Positions 35,676-44,724 of a stretch of 64,000 bases of DNA are shown in pieces. The DNA is from Dehalococcoidia bacterium (GTDB lineage: Bacteria; Chloroflexota; Dehalococcoidia; Tepidiformales; Tepidiformaceae), in the NCBI GenBank assembly GCA_020850615.1, contig JADZEI010000066.1:1943-65942 (forward strand). Reading direction: 5' to 3'. Made by a program: the position numbers and the translations under genes. Every line of letters begins with the position of its first letter. Within the stretch, counting starts at the first letter, position 1. The notes under the pieces are model-generated. The model saw nothing but the letters and a program-made list of their open reading frames with translations. It did no database searches and was not told the DNA's origin.

Positions 35676-36000
35676 GGGCGGGCGAATTCACGGTCCACGA
35701 TTCACGATTCAAGCAGGTTTGAGACGGTGTGGAGCGCTGGCGCGGGGCCCTCACCCGGGCCCTCTCCCGCTGCGGCGGGCGAGGGAGCTCGCGCCTCCCG
35801 CACTCGTCGGTGCCGCATCAGCGCGGGGCGAAGCCGTAGTCGCGGAGCATCGGCTCCGCGGCCCCGAGGACCATGTCTCGCGGTAGCCCTCGACCGGCGC
35901 GGTCGTGCCGGGTTGGGGCGACCTTCGATGCCGCATCCGTTGGGCTTAGACGCACCGCCGAGGCTGGGCTCGGCGGACTACCGCTGCGCGGCCGGGCGCG
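35676..36000. repeat. intergenic REP cluster
   Basis: Heptamers 35685-35712 (ATTCACG type, 4 units), followed as at 34648 by GGTTTGAGACGGTGTGGAGCGCTGGCGCGG. C hairpin 35749-35787. B forward 35836-35893. A3 reverse 35933-35981. Confidence 0.85.
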
Positions 36001-36020
36001 GGGCCGGGTACACTGGGGGG

Positions 36021-36422
36021 ATGGAACCCGAGGGGACGCCCCCGCCCGCGGCCGAGACGATCGGCCGGTCCGCTGCGAAGCTGGCGCGCGCAGCCCGCAA
36101 AGCCGCGCGCGATGCCGAGCCGCACGTCCGCAAGGCCGCGGACGACGCCCTCCGCGCGGCACGGCCCGCCGCGGAACGGACGAAGCAGTTCATCGAAGCG
36201 CACGAGACGGAGCTCCGCCAGGCCGCGACCATGGGCACCCGGGTGGTCGCATCGCGGGTAGCGCCGCCGGGGCTCGCACCGGTCGTGTCCGCGTTCGCGG
36301 AGGGGATCGTGCAGGGCGCCCGCAGCGAGCCGCCCGCACCCGCGGGCGAGCCCGAACAGCCAGCTGCGGCGGAATCGCCGGCAGCGCCCGCGAGCGAGGA
36401 CCCTGGCCCGCTCATCTTCTGA
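36021..36422 (+). CDS. hypothetical Ala/Pro-rich protein
   Basis: ATG 36021 in ORF 35727..36422 with strong third-position GC bias. No recognisable domain. The upstream part of the ORF is repeat-derived. Confidence 0.45.
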   Translation: MEPEGTPPPAAETIGRSAAKLARAARKAARDAEPHVRKAADDALRAARPAAERTKQFIEAHETELRQAATMGTRVVASRVAPPGLAPVVSAFAEGIVQGARSEPPAPAGEPEQPAAAESPAAPASEDPGPLIF

Positions 36423-36431
36423 GCCGCGGAG

Positions 36432-37346
36432 TTACCGGGCGGCGAGGTGGTCGTCGCGGGTCTGGCGGAGGTCCCACATGATGTAGGGGTTGGCCATGTC
36501 CGTGATCCGGGCCCAGTTCGCGCGCACCCATTCGGTGTCGTGCTCGACGCCCGGTTCGGCGGCGACGCCGTGCCCGCGCATGACCGCCACGCGGTAGAAG
36601 TTGCCGCCCTGGGCGTGGATCACCAGCCCGCTATCGGTGCATTCGCGCGAGGACATGTACACCACCGCGGGCGAGACCTGCTCCGGGTGCATCGGCGGGC
36701 GCTCGGGGTCGATCGCGTTGCTCCGGGTGGGGACGGTGCCGCTCATCCGCGTGCCGCCCGCGGGCGAGATGATGTTCACCGTCACGTTGTACTTCTCGCC
36801 TTCGAGCTTGAGCGTGTTCATGAGCCCGACCATGCCGGCCTTGGCGGCGGCGTAGTTCGCCTGCCCGAAGTTGCCGTAGAGCCCCGAGACCGACGTCGTC
36901 ATGACCACGCGGCCGTAGGCCTGCTGGCGAAACACGGGCCAGGCCGCGCGCAGGACCGTGAAGCAGCCCTTGAGGTGCGCGCCGAGGGAGCTGTCCCAGT
37001 CGTCTTCGCTCATGTTGTGGAAGGCGAGGTCGCGCAGGATGCCGGCGTTGCAGACGACCGCGTCGAGCCGCCCGGTGCCGTCCATCGCCGCCTTGACCAC
37101 GTTGTAGCCGCCTTCGTACTGGGCGACGTCTTCGTAGCTGGCGATGGCCCTGCCGCCGGCCGCCCGGATCTCCTCGCAGACGGCGTCAGCGACGCTCGTG
37201 TCGCTGCCGCGGCCGTTCACGTCGCAGCCGTTGTCGTTGACGACGACGGTGGCGCCGCGGCGGGCGAATTCGAGCGCGTGGGCGCGGCCGAGCCCCCGCC
37301 CGGCGCCGGTGACGATGACGGTCTGGCCTTCGAACGAAAGATCCAT
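36432..37346 (-). CDS. SDR-family oxidoreductase (MFE-2-type 3-hydroxyacyl-CoA dehydrogenase-like)
   Basis: VIVTGAGRGLGRAHALEFARRGATVVVND and the YAAAK catalytic motif. Confidence 0.85.
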   Translation of the reverse strand: MDLSFEGQTVIVTGAGRGLGRAHALEFARRGATVVVNDNGCDVNGRGSDTSVADAVCEEIRAAGGRAIASYEDVAQYEGGYNVVKAAMDGTGRLDAVVCNAGILRDLAFHNMSEDDWDSSLGAHLKGCFTVLRAAWPVFRQQAYGRVVMTTSVSGLYGNFGQANYAAAKAGMVGLMNTLKLEGEKYNVTVNIISPAGGTRMSGTVPTRSNAIDPERPPMHPEQVSPAVVYMSSRECTDSGLVIHAQGGNFYRVAVMRGHGVAAEPGVEHDTEWVRANWARITDMANPYIMWDLRQTRDDHLAAR

Positions 37347-37374
37347 ACGGGGTGCTCCTTTATCCGTGGTGGCG

Positions 37375-38589
37375 TCAGCGGATGGCGCCGTTGGCGACGA
37401 GCTCGCTGAACCGCTCGGGGTCCATGCCGAGCCAGTCCACGAAGATCTCCCAGTTGTGCTCGCCGAGGAGCGGCGCGTGGGCGGGGTTGCGGCCGGTCAC
37501 GCCCTCGATCGCCCAGGGCAGGGCGGCGTGCGTCATCGTGCCGACGGTCGGGTGCTCCATCTGCACGTAGAAGCCGCGTTCGTGCAGGTAGGGGTCGGCG
37601 ATGAGCTCGTCGCAGTTCGAGACGTTGCCCGCGGAGATGCCGGCCGCCTGCAGCCGCGCGGCCAGCTCAAACGGGTCCTGGGGGCCCGTCCAGGCGGCGA
37701 TGGCGGCGTCGATCTCGGGCTGGGCGGCGAGCCGCGCCGCGAGCTGGCGCAACTCCGGCCGGGCCAGCTGGGCCGGGCTGCCCATCAGCAGCACGAGCGC
37801 GTCCCACTCGGCCTCGCTCTGCACGACGATCGCGATCCAGCGGTCCAAGCCGGCCGCGGGGTAGATGCCGTGCGGGCAGAGGGAGCGGTCGCGGTTGCCG
37901 ATCGGGCCGGGCACCACGCCGGTGCAGCCGTATTCGATGAACGCCTCGGGGATTTGGCCGGCCACCGTCTCGGCCATCGAGTATTCGACGACCTGGCCCT
38001 CACCCGTGCGGTCGCGGTGTTCGAGCGCGAGGAGCACGCCGCAGAGCGAGGTGAGCCCCGAGACGTGGTCGCTCCAGATGCCCGCGATCGCGCGGTCGGG
38101 CGCGCCGCCGTCCTGGCCGGTGACCGACGCGAGGCCGGTGTAGGCGGTGAGCGGCGGTCCGAAGGTGGCGAACTCGCGGTACGGGCCGGTCCGCCCGAGC
38201 CCGGCCGAGCGCACCATGATGATGTCCGGCTTCGCCTCCTTGAACCGTTCGTACGAAAGGTTGAAGTGTTCGAACACGCCGTAGGCGAAGTTCTCGATGG
38301 CGATGTCGCAGCTCCGGACGATTTCGACGGCGAGGTCCTGGGCGTCGGGCTGGCTGAGGTCCAGGGTGACGCTCTTCTTGCCGAGATTGAGCATGTGCCA
38401 CACGCCCGAGCCGTCGACGCTCGGGTCGAGCTTGTGGGCAGGCGGCAGGCGGCGCATCAGGTCCGTGTGGACGCCGCTTTCGATCTTGATCACCTCGGCG
38501 CCGAGCAGGGCCAGGCCCATCGTGCAGTACGGCCCGGCGACCACCCAGGAGAAATCGGCGACGCGGATGCCCTCAAGCGGGAGCGGCAT
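37375..38589 (-). CDS. family III CoA-transferase (CaiB/BaiF)
   Basis: 404-aa ORF. PLEGIRVADFSWVVAGPYCTMGLALLGAEVIKIE is a typical N-terminus for this family. Confidence 0.85.
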   Translation of the reverse strand: MPLPLEGIRVADFSWVVAGPYCTMGLALLGAEVIKIESGVHTDLMRRLPPAHKLDPSVDGSGVWHMLNLGKKSVTLDLSQPDAQDLAVEIVRSCDIAIENFAYGVFEHFNLSYERFKEAKPDIIMVRSAGLGRTGPYREFATFGPPLTAYTGLASVTGQDGGAPDRAIAGIWSDHVSGLTSLCGVLLALEHRDRTGEGQVVEYSMAETVAGQIPEAFIEYGCTGVVPGPIGNRDRSLCPHGIYPAAGLDRWIAIVVQSEAEWDALVLLMGSPAQLARPELRQLAARLAAQPEIDAAIAAWTGPQDPFELAARLQAAGISAGNVSNCDELIADPYLHERGFYVQMEHPTVGTMTHAALPWAIEGVTGRNPAHAPLLGEHNWEIFVDWLGMDPERFSELVANGAIR

Positions 38590-39787
38590 GGCCCACCTCC
38601 GTGATTTCGGCGAAGACTTCGGCCGTGTGCTGGCCGGGGGCCGGCGGTTCGTTGTCGTGGATCCAGGGCGTCTTGTCCAGGTGGAGCACGGCGCCGGGCA
38701 CCTTCACCAGGTGGCCATCGACCGGCAGGTCGACGAAGTAGGCGCGCGCCTGCTGCTGCTCGTCGGCGATGAGCTCGGCCACGTCGTAGCAGGGGAACAC
38801 GGGCACGTGGCGGGCCTGCGCCTCGTGGAAGATCTCCTTCTTCGTGTGTTCGAGGCACCAGCCGACGAAGTGCGGCTCGATCTCGGCCCAGCGGATGGTG
38901 CGGTCGATGGGGAGCTCGAACTCGGGCGCCTTCGCCCACTCGGGGTCGCCCATCATGTCCATCAGGCCGTCCCACTGCCACTGTTCCGAAGCCTGGAAGG
39001 CGAAGTAGCCGTCCTTGCAGGGCACCATGCCCCAGAGCGTCGAGCGCTTCCCCGTGGGCGCGAGCCGGTCGAAGATGCCGAGCCCCATCACGTCGGCGCC
39101 TTCGTAGAGGCGGTAGGCGACGGTCATCCGCATGAACGAGGCGAGGCTCGCCTGCAGCGAGGTATCGACGAGCGAGCCACGGCCGGAGCGGCGGCGGAGC
39201 TGCAGCCCGACGAGCGCGCCGGTGGCGGCCGCGAGCCCCGCGGTGTACTCGGCCTGGTAGCCGCCCGGCCGCAGCGGCGGGTTGTCTTCGAGCGTGGGCA
39301 CCGTCGCGCCCGTATAGAAGGCGAGGCCGCTCATCGCCGTCGCCACGAGGTCGGACGAGCGCAGGCTGCGCCCCGAGCCGAGCCCGGCGAGCGTGATCGG
39401 CACCACGACGAGCGCGGGGAAGCGCTCGCTGAGCGATTCGGGCGAAAGGCCGAGCGCGTCGAGCTCGGCGATGTTGCCTTCGAGCAGGAGGACATCGGCG
39501 CGGCCGAAGAGGGCGAGGAGCTGCTCGCGCTGGGCCGGGTCGCGTGGGTCGCAGGTGGCCGAACGCTTGCCGCCGTGGAGCCAGCGGACGCGCGCCTCGA
39601 GCTCGCAGTCGTGGGAGGCGCCGGGCGGCGGGGCGATGGGAGCGGTGCGGGAGGCGGCGTCGCGCTCGATGAGGACGACACCGGCGCCGTGGTCGGCCAG
39701 CTGGCGGCCCGCATAGGCGAGCGCCCGACCGCTGCCCCATTCGACCACGCGGGTACCGTCGAGCGCGCGGCGGGCGGGTGCGCTCAT
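38573..39787 (-). CDS. family III CoA-transferase (CaiB/BaiF), second paralog
   Basis: ATG 39787 inside ORF 38573..39853. LDGTRVVEWGSGRALAYAGRQLADHGAGVVLIE. Overlaps the downstream paralog by 17 nt. Confidence 0.8.
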   Translation of the reverse strand: MSAPARRALDGTRVVEWGSGRALAYAGRQLADHGAGVVLIERDAASRTAPIAPPPGASHDCELEARVRWLHGGKRSATCDPRDPAQREQLLALFGRADVLLLEGNIAELDALGLSPESLSERFPALVVVPITLAGLGSGRSLRSSDLVATAMSGLAFYTGATVPTLEDNPPLRPGGYQAEYTAGLAAATGALVGLQLRRRSGRGSLVDTSLQASLASFMRMTVAYRLYEGADVMGLGIFDRLAPTGKRSTLWGMVPCKDGYFAFQASEQWQWDGLMDMMGDPEWAKAPEFELPIDRTIRWAEIEPHFVGWCLEHTKKEIFHEAQARHVPVFPCYDVAELIADEQQQARAYFVDLPVDGHLVKVPGAVLHLDKTPWIHDNEPPAPGQHTAEVFAEITEVGHAAPA

Positions 39788-40053
39788 GGCTGCGCGTCCC
39801 TCGCGTGGGGTTCGAGCATGGCGAAGGCACCTCCGGGTTCGCGGGTTCCGCATCGTGCGACGGGCGGGAAAACGTTGTCAACGCGGGGTGGCACAGGGAC
39901 CGTGAGACTGTGATGCGAAGCAGGCAGGTGCCCGGATACGGCGGCTTATACGTCTTTGTTTCGAACAGTGCCACGCGGGTCTTGCAGTCACCACGCGGGA
40001 TGTGTCTCACTATCGCCCCCGCCGCCCGGCGGCATCCCCCGGAGGTTTCCCCC

Positions 40054-40515
40054 ATGCCAAACGTGAACCCTACGCCCCCCGAGTACCCCGGCGTGCTGGC
40101 GTACCTGTACGTGCACGACGGCGCGGCCGCCCTCGACTTCTACACCCGCGCGTTTGGCGCGACCGAACGGATGCGCATGCCGATGCCGAACGGCAAGCTC
40201 GGCCACGCGGAGCTGGACCTCGCGGGCGGCGTCGTCATGCTCGCCGACGAGATGCCGGAGATGGACATCAAGAGCCCGAAGACGCTCGGCGGCGCCGGCC
40301 TGAGCCTCATGTTCTACGTGGACGATGTCGACGCCGCCTTCGACCGCGCGGTCAAGGCGGGCGGGACGGTGCTCCGGCCGGTCGAGGACCAGTTCTACGG
40401 CGACCGCTCCGGGCAGCTGCTCGACCCCTTCGGCCACACCTGGACGCTCGCCACGCACGTCCGCGACGTCTCGGAGGAGGAGATGGCGCAGGCAATGGAG
40501 CAGATGAACGGGTAG
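40054..40515 (+). CDS. VOC-family protein (PhnB-like glyoxalase fold)
   Basis: ATG 40054 after GGAGG. YLYVHDGAAALDFYTRAFGA…GKLGHAELDLAGGVVMLADE…EDQFYGDRSGQLLDPFGHTWTL. Confidence 0.8.
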   Translation: MPNVNPTPPEYPGVLAYLYVHDGAAALDFYTRAFGATERMRMPMPNGKLGHAELDLAGGVVMLADEMPEMDIKSPKTLGGAGLSLMFYVDDVDAAFDRAVKAGGTVLRPVEDQFYGDRSGQLLDPFGHTWTLATHVRDVSEEEMAQAMEQMNG

Positions 40516-41240
40516 CGCAGCCGGCGCGCGGAACGGCGCCGCAGGCGTAGCCGCGGAGCATTGCTCCGCGGGATTGTCCGAGCCATGCCGCGCGGCAGCC
40601 GGGAGTAACGTAGCCGCGCCCCTTGTGGGCGCTGGTGTCAGCCCAACGGATGCCCCGCGGCAGCCGTGCGCCCGAGGGCGGGAGCGCAGCGACCGGCCGG
40701 CCGCCTGGGGAGGCACCCTCATTCCCCGACCCCTTCTCCCCCTGCGGCGGGAGAAGGGGAGCTGCGCAGTGACGGGTCGTGGTGCCCTGGGTGCGGCGGA
40801 GCGCTCCCCCGGCCGGTCGCGCCACTGATGCGCGCTCCGCGGGCGCCGCGTGACCGGGATGGGGCGGTGCCTGGCGGTGTGGCATCCGTTGGGCTTAGAC
40901 GCTCGCGCCCACAAGGGGCGCCGGCTACACGCGGTTGGGGCGGCGTCGCGCGCTGACGCGGGGCGTGGTGCCAGGGGTGCCGGCGGAGCGCTCCCTCGGC
41001 CGGTCGCGCCACTGATGCGCGCTCCGCTGGCGCCGCGTGACCGGGTTGGGGCGGTGCCTGGCGGTGGGGCATCCGTTGGGCTTAGACGCTCGCGCCCACA
41101 AGGGGCGCCGGATACACCCGGTTGGGGACGGCGTCGCGCGCTGACGCGGGGCGGGGTGCCAGGGGTGGGGCGGAGCCCTCCCTCGGCAGGTCGCGCCACT
41201 GATTGCGCCGCGCCCGCCATGGCGGGCTGCGCTAGCATGG
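40516..41240. repeat. intergenic REP cluster with ~190-bp tandem array
   Basis: B forward 40535-40600. A1 forward 40610-40653 plus extension. C hairpin 40726-40761. A2 long form in reverse orientation repeated about 2.3 times at ~40775-41215 (cores 40882-40928 and 41069-41115). Confidence 0.85.
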
Positions 41241-41286
41241 CTGAATGCACCCCGCCGCAGCCCAGCCCGCCCGGACGACGAACCCG

Positions 41287-41673
41287 ATGACGCGCGCCCT
41301 CGCGGCCGCGGCGGTGATGTATGTGGGTGCGCTCGGCGCGCAGTTCATCTTCCCGGGGCTGGTGCTGCTGGTGGTCTATGGCGCGGGGCCGCTCGTGCTC
41401 GGCGTGCTCTTCGCCTCGCCCGGCGGGACGCGCGAGACGATCAGCGCGAACGGCTACACGGCGGCGAGCGCGGGCGGGCTCGCGGGGGTCACCTGGATCG
41501 CGACGCACCCGGGCGACATGAGCATCGGCTCGGTGATCGTGAGCTGCATCGCGACCTTCCTGGTGCTGACGATCGGGTCGGGCGTGGTGGTGTCGCTGGT
41601 GTCGCGCCGGTTCCGGGGCGAGGGCGACCCGCCGCGCGTCCGGGCCCGGGACGAAGACGACGAGGACGAATAG
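41287..41673 (+). CDS. hypothetical integral membrane protein (4 TM) with acidic tail
   Basis: ATG 41287 in ORF 41245..41673. Four hydrophobic segments and a C-terminal RARDEDDEDE. Confidence 0.55.
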   Translation: MTRALAAAAVMYVGALGAQFIFPGLVLLVVYGAGPLVLGVLFASPGGTRETISANGYTAASAGGLAGVTWIATHPGDMSIGSVIVSCIATFLVLTIGSGVVVSLVSRRFRGEGDPPRVRARDEDDEDE

Positions 41674-42072
41674 CGCACCGCAGGCGTATCCGCGGAGCAT
41701 TGCTCCGCGGGACTGTCCGTGCCATGCCGCGCGGTAGCTGGAGGCGAAGCCGTAGCCGCGCCCCTCGTGGGCGCTGGCGCCAGCCCAACGGACGCACCGC
41801 GGCAGCCCGTGACCCGAGGGCGGGAGCGGAGCGACCGGCCGGACCGGGTGGTGCGGCAATCCACGGAGCAGAATCGCGCGCTGCCGCGGCGGCGGTGTGG
41901 TTCGGGGTGGGGCGGTGCCTGGCGGTGGGGCATCCGTTGGGCTTAGACGCTCGCGCCCGCAAGGGGCGCCGGCTACATCCCGGTGCCGGCGTTGCGGCGT
42001 TCCCGGGGGCCGGGTGTGCCGCGGGAGCCGGGCACCAACAGCCAACAGCTAAGAGCCAACCGCCCGCGCCGC
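41674..42072. repeat. intergenic REP cluster
   Basis: B forward 41686-41738 (head GTAT). A1 forward 41752-41795 plus extension. A2 reverse 41930-41976. Heptamers 42034-42062 (AGCCAAC type). Confidence 0.85.
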
Positions 42073-42444
42073 TTACTCCCCGCTCAGCCCCCTTGGCCCA
42101 TCGTGCATCTGGGACTGGCGGCGGGCTTCCTTCTCCTCTTCGCTGGCGAAGGTGTCCTGCGCGGCGTCGAGGATGGGGGACTCGGAGGCGTGGCCGCCGG
42201 GCTCGTCGAGCTGGAACGCGGGGAGCTGCTCTTCGTCGAAGTCCATGCTCACGCCGCGGGCGTCGAGCGACAGCACGGAGCCGATGCTCAGCCAATAGTC
42301 GCGCTTCATCGGCGCGTCGACCTTGAACGCGTCGCTGGCGCACTCCTTGACGGTGCCGAGCTCCCGGCCCTCGCGCGTGAAAACGGACTGGCCGACTTCG
42401 GGGCGCATCCCGAACGCGGACTCCATGGGATGGGGTGACGTCAT
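42073..42444 (-). CDS. DUF2171/PRC-barrel-like small protein (paralog of 5069..5374)
   Basis: ATG 42444 preceded by AGGAGG. VFTREGRELGTVKECASDAFKVDAPMKRDYWLSIGSV parallels the 5069 protein. Confidence 0.65.
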   Translation of the reverse strand: MTSPHPMESAFGMRPEVGQSVFTREGRELGTVKECASDAFKVDAPMKRDYWLSIGSVLSLDARGVSMDFDEEQLPAFQLDEPGGHASESPILDAAQDTFASEEEKEARRQSQMHDGPRGLSGE

Positions 42445-42575
42445 GGCGAACCTCCTGGCCATCGTGGCCGGTTCGAGCATCCGGCACGGGGCGTCGAGGA
42501 CGGCATGCCAGGCCTCGCACGGCCATCGCGCTTTCGTATCGCACGCGGTTGACGCGCCCGGTGGCTCGGCGCAGG

Positions 42576-43472
42576 ATGCCGCGCATGGCACGCGCAACTG
42601 CAAACGGGATCGAGCTCGAATACGACACCTTCGGCGAACCGGGGGCCGCGCCGTTGCTCCTCGTGATGGGGCTCGGCGCCCAGATGCTGGCCTGGGACGA
42701 GGAATTCTGCCGGCAGCTCGCCGGCCGCGGGCACCACGTCATCCGGTTCGACAACCGCGACGTGGGCCTTTCGACGAAGTTCGAAGCGGCCGGGGCGCCC
42801 GACGTCGTCGCCGCGCTGACGGCCGCGCAATCGGGCCAGCCGGTGGATGCGCCCTACACGCTGCGGGACATGGCGGACGACGCGGTGGGCCTGCTCGACG
42901 CGCTCGGCATCCCGGCCGCGCACATTGTCGGGGCGTCGATGGGCGGGATGATCGTACAGCAGATGGCGATCGACCACCCGTCGCGCGTGCTCACGATGAC
43001 GTCGATCATGTCGTCGACGGGCGAGCCCGGCCTGCCGCCCTCGAGCCCGGAGGCGAACGCCGCGCTCCTGACGCCCGCGCCCACGGACCGCGAGGGGAAC
43101 ATCGAGTTCAGCGTCTCGATGCGCGACGTCATCGGCAGCAAGGGCGTGCCGTTCGACGAAGCGAAGGCGCGGCGGATGGCGGCGACGATGTACGACCGGT
43201 CGTTCTACCCGGTGGGCATGGCGCGGCAGCTCGTCGGCATCGTGGCGAGCGGGTCGCGCAAGGAAGGGCTCGCGGGCGTGACGTGCCCCACGCTGGTCAT
43301 CCACGGCGACATCGACCCGCTGGTGCGCGTCGAAGCCGGGCAGGCGACGGCGGCAGCAGTGCCCGGCGCCAAACTGCTGATCATCGAAGGCATGGGCCAC
43401 GACCTCCCCGAGCCCTACTGGCCGCGGATCATCGACGCCATCGCGGGACTTACGGGAGGCGTGAAGGCGTAG
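42576..43472 (+). CDS. alpha/beta-fold hydrolase
   Basis: ATG 42576 or 42585 in ORF 42435..43472. LLLVMGLG, nucleophile elbow GASMGG, and a late HD. The last codons GGVKA plus TAG lie in an octamer repeat array. Confidence 0.85.
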   Translation: MPRMARATANGIELEYDTFGEPGAAPLLLVMGLGAQMLAWDEEFCRQLAGRGHHVIRFDNRDVGLSTKFEAAGAPDVVAALTAAQSGQPVDAPYTLRDMADDAVGLLDALGIPAAHIVGASMGGMIVQQMAIDHPSRVLTMTSIMSSTGEPGLPPSSPEANAALLTPAPTDREGNIEFSVSMRDVIGSKGVPFDEAKARRMAATMYDRSFYPVGMARQLVGIVASGSRKEGLAGVTCPTLVIHGDIDPLVRVEAGQATAAAVPGAKLLIIEGMGHDLPEPYWPRIIDAIAGLTGGVKA

Positions 43473-43500
43473 AAGCGTGAAGGCGTAGAGTGGCGTCCGC
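43457..43500. repeat. GCGTRRAG octamer array
   Basis: GGCGTGAAGGCGTAGAAGCGTGAAGGCGTAGAGTGGCGTCCGC. Supplies the last codons and the TAG of the hydrolase gene. Confidence 0.85.
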
Positions 43501-43638
43501 CGCGGACCTCGGAGCCGTGCCCGTAAGGAAGCGGGGCGAGCGTGACCCCGGCACTCACGCACCGCGGCAGCCTGCGAAGTGTGCTCCCGCCCGCGCCCGA
43601 TATCGACATCCGGGCATGGCGCGGCCACAATCCGCGCC

Positions 43639-44406
43639 ATGACGAACACCGTGCTGTACGAACGCATCGGTCACATCGCCACCGTGACCTACAACCGCCC
43701 GGAGGCGCTGAACGCGATCAACGCGGAGCTCCGCGAGGACCTCGATGCCGCGTGGGTCCGGTTTCGGGACGACGACGAGGCGTGGGTGGCGATCGTCACC
43801 GGCGCCGGGCGGGCGTTCAGCGCGGGCGCGGACCTCCGGGGTGGCGGTGCCGCGCTCCCGCACAGCTTCTGGGAGGTGCCGAGCCTCACCTCGCTGGAGA
43901 ATGGGCTGGAAGTGTGGAAGCCGACGATCGCGGCGGTGAACGGGTACTGTCTCGGGTTCGCGCTGACCCTCGCCGCGTCGTGCGACTTCGTCATCGCCAG
44001 CGATCGCGCGGAGTTCGGCTTCCCGGAGGTGCGGCTCGGCGTGCCGACCATCCAGGGCGCGGTTCGCATGCCCGGCCGGGTCGGCTGGTCGAACGCGATG
44101 GAGCTGCTCCTCATCGGCGAACGGGTCGACGCAGCGCGGGCGAAGGAGATGGGGCTCTGCTGGAAGGTGGTCCCGCACGAATCGCTGATGGACGAAGCGC
44201 AGGCCCTTGCAGAGCGGCTCTGTGCCTCCGCGCCGCTCGCCGTGCGGGCGACGAAGGAGGTGGCGTGGCGAGGACAGCGGGGCGCCTGGGTGGAGGCGAT
44301 CCGGTTCGGCGAAACCATGCGCCGGGTCGCCAACGCGACGGAGGACGCAGGCGAGGGCATGGCCGCCGCCCGGGAACGGCGCGCCCCGGTGTGGCGGGGA
44401 AGGTAG
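43639..44406 (+). CDS. enoyl-CoA hydratase/isomerase (crotonase) family protein
   Basis: ATG 43639 in ORF 43579..44406. ATVTYNRPEALNAIN…VTGAGRAFSAGADL…AAVNGYCLGFALTLA. Confidence 0.9.
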   Translation: MTNTVLYERIGHIATVTYNRPEALNAINAELREDLDAAWVRFRDDDEAWVAIVTGAGRAFSAGADLRGGGAALPHSFWEVPSLTSLENGLEVWKPTIAAVNGYCLGFALTLAASCDFVIASDRAEFGFPEVRLGVPTIQGAVRMPGRVGWSNAMELLLIGERVDAARAKEMGLCWKVVPHESLMDEAQALAERLCASAPLAVRATKEVAWRGQRGAWVEAIRFGETMRRVANATEDAGEGMAAARERRAPVWRGR

Positions 44407-44411
44407 CGCGA

Positions 44412-44438
44412 GGATTTCGATTCTCGCTTTTCGATTCC
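44412..44438. repeat. heptamer mini-array (GATTTTC type, degenerate)
   Basis: GATTTC GATTCTC GCTTTTC GATTCC, directly after the crotonase stop. Confidence 0.6.
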
Positions 44439-44604
44439 GCTGAGGTGGACGGGTCGCCTGCGATGCCCCGACGCGGGCCGCCAGCCCGGGCGTGGGACGG
44501 TGGCCGTTGCTTCGATGGTCGTGGGCTACTGCTGGGCGACGGGTGCCAGGGGCACGCTCGCCCGCTTCCTCACGGGCGCGGCTCCGCTTTGTGGGGCCGG
44601 ACAC

Positions 44605-44623
44605 GTTGTGACGTGGTTGTGAC
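44605..44623 (+). promoter_or_regulatory. direct repeat GTTGTGAC-N3-GTTGTGAC (possible operator)
   Basis: Two identical octamers 11 bp apart, about 100 nt upstream of the MMPL start codon. Confidence 0.25.
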
Positions 44624-44724
44624 AATTGCCATGGGGGCGTGACCGGGGCGCCGAACCTGTGCGATGGGACGGGGGCAGTGTGGGAGGTGCCGGCACACGA
44701 CAGGCTGCCGGCGGAGGAACCCCC

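Noticed and set aside
40516-41240. Possible CRISPR array (regularly spaced repeats)
   Set aside because: The repeat units are 170-190 bp composite elements in direct tandem with no unique spacers of 25-45 bp. The repeats also occur dispersed singly in both orientations, and there are no cas genes in the window.
39988-42045. 685-aa ORF on the minus strand, and similar ORFs across 40.5-42 kb
   Set aside because: It consists largely of translated REP modules (recurrent strings such as APCGRERLSPTDAPPPG and ASVGLTPAPTRGAAT). It also overlaps real plus-strand genes in antisense.
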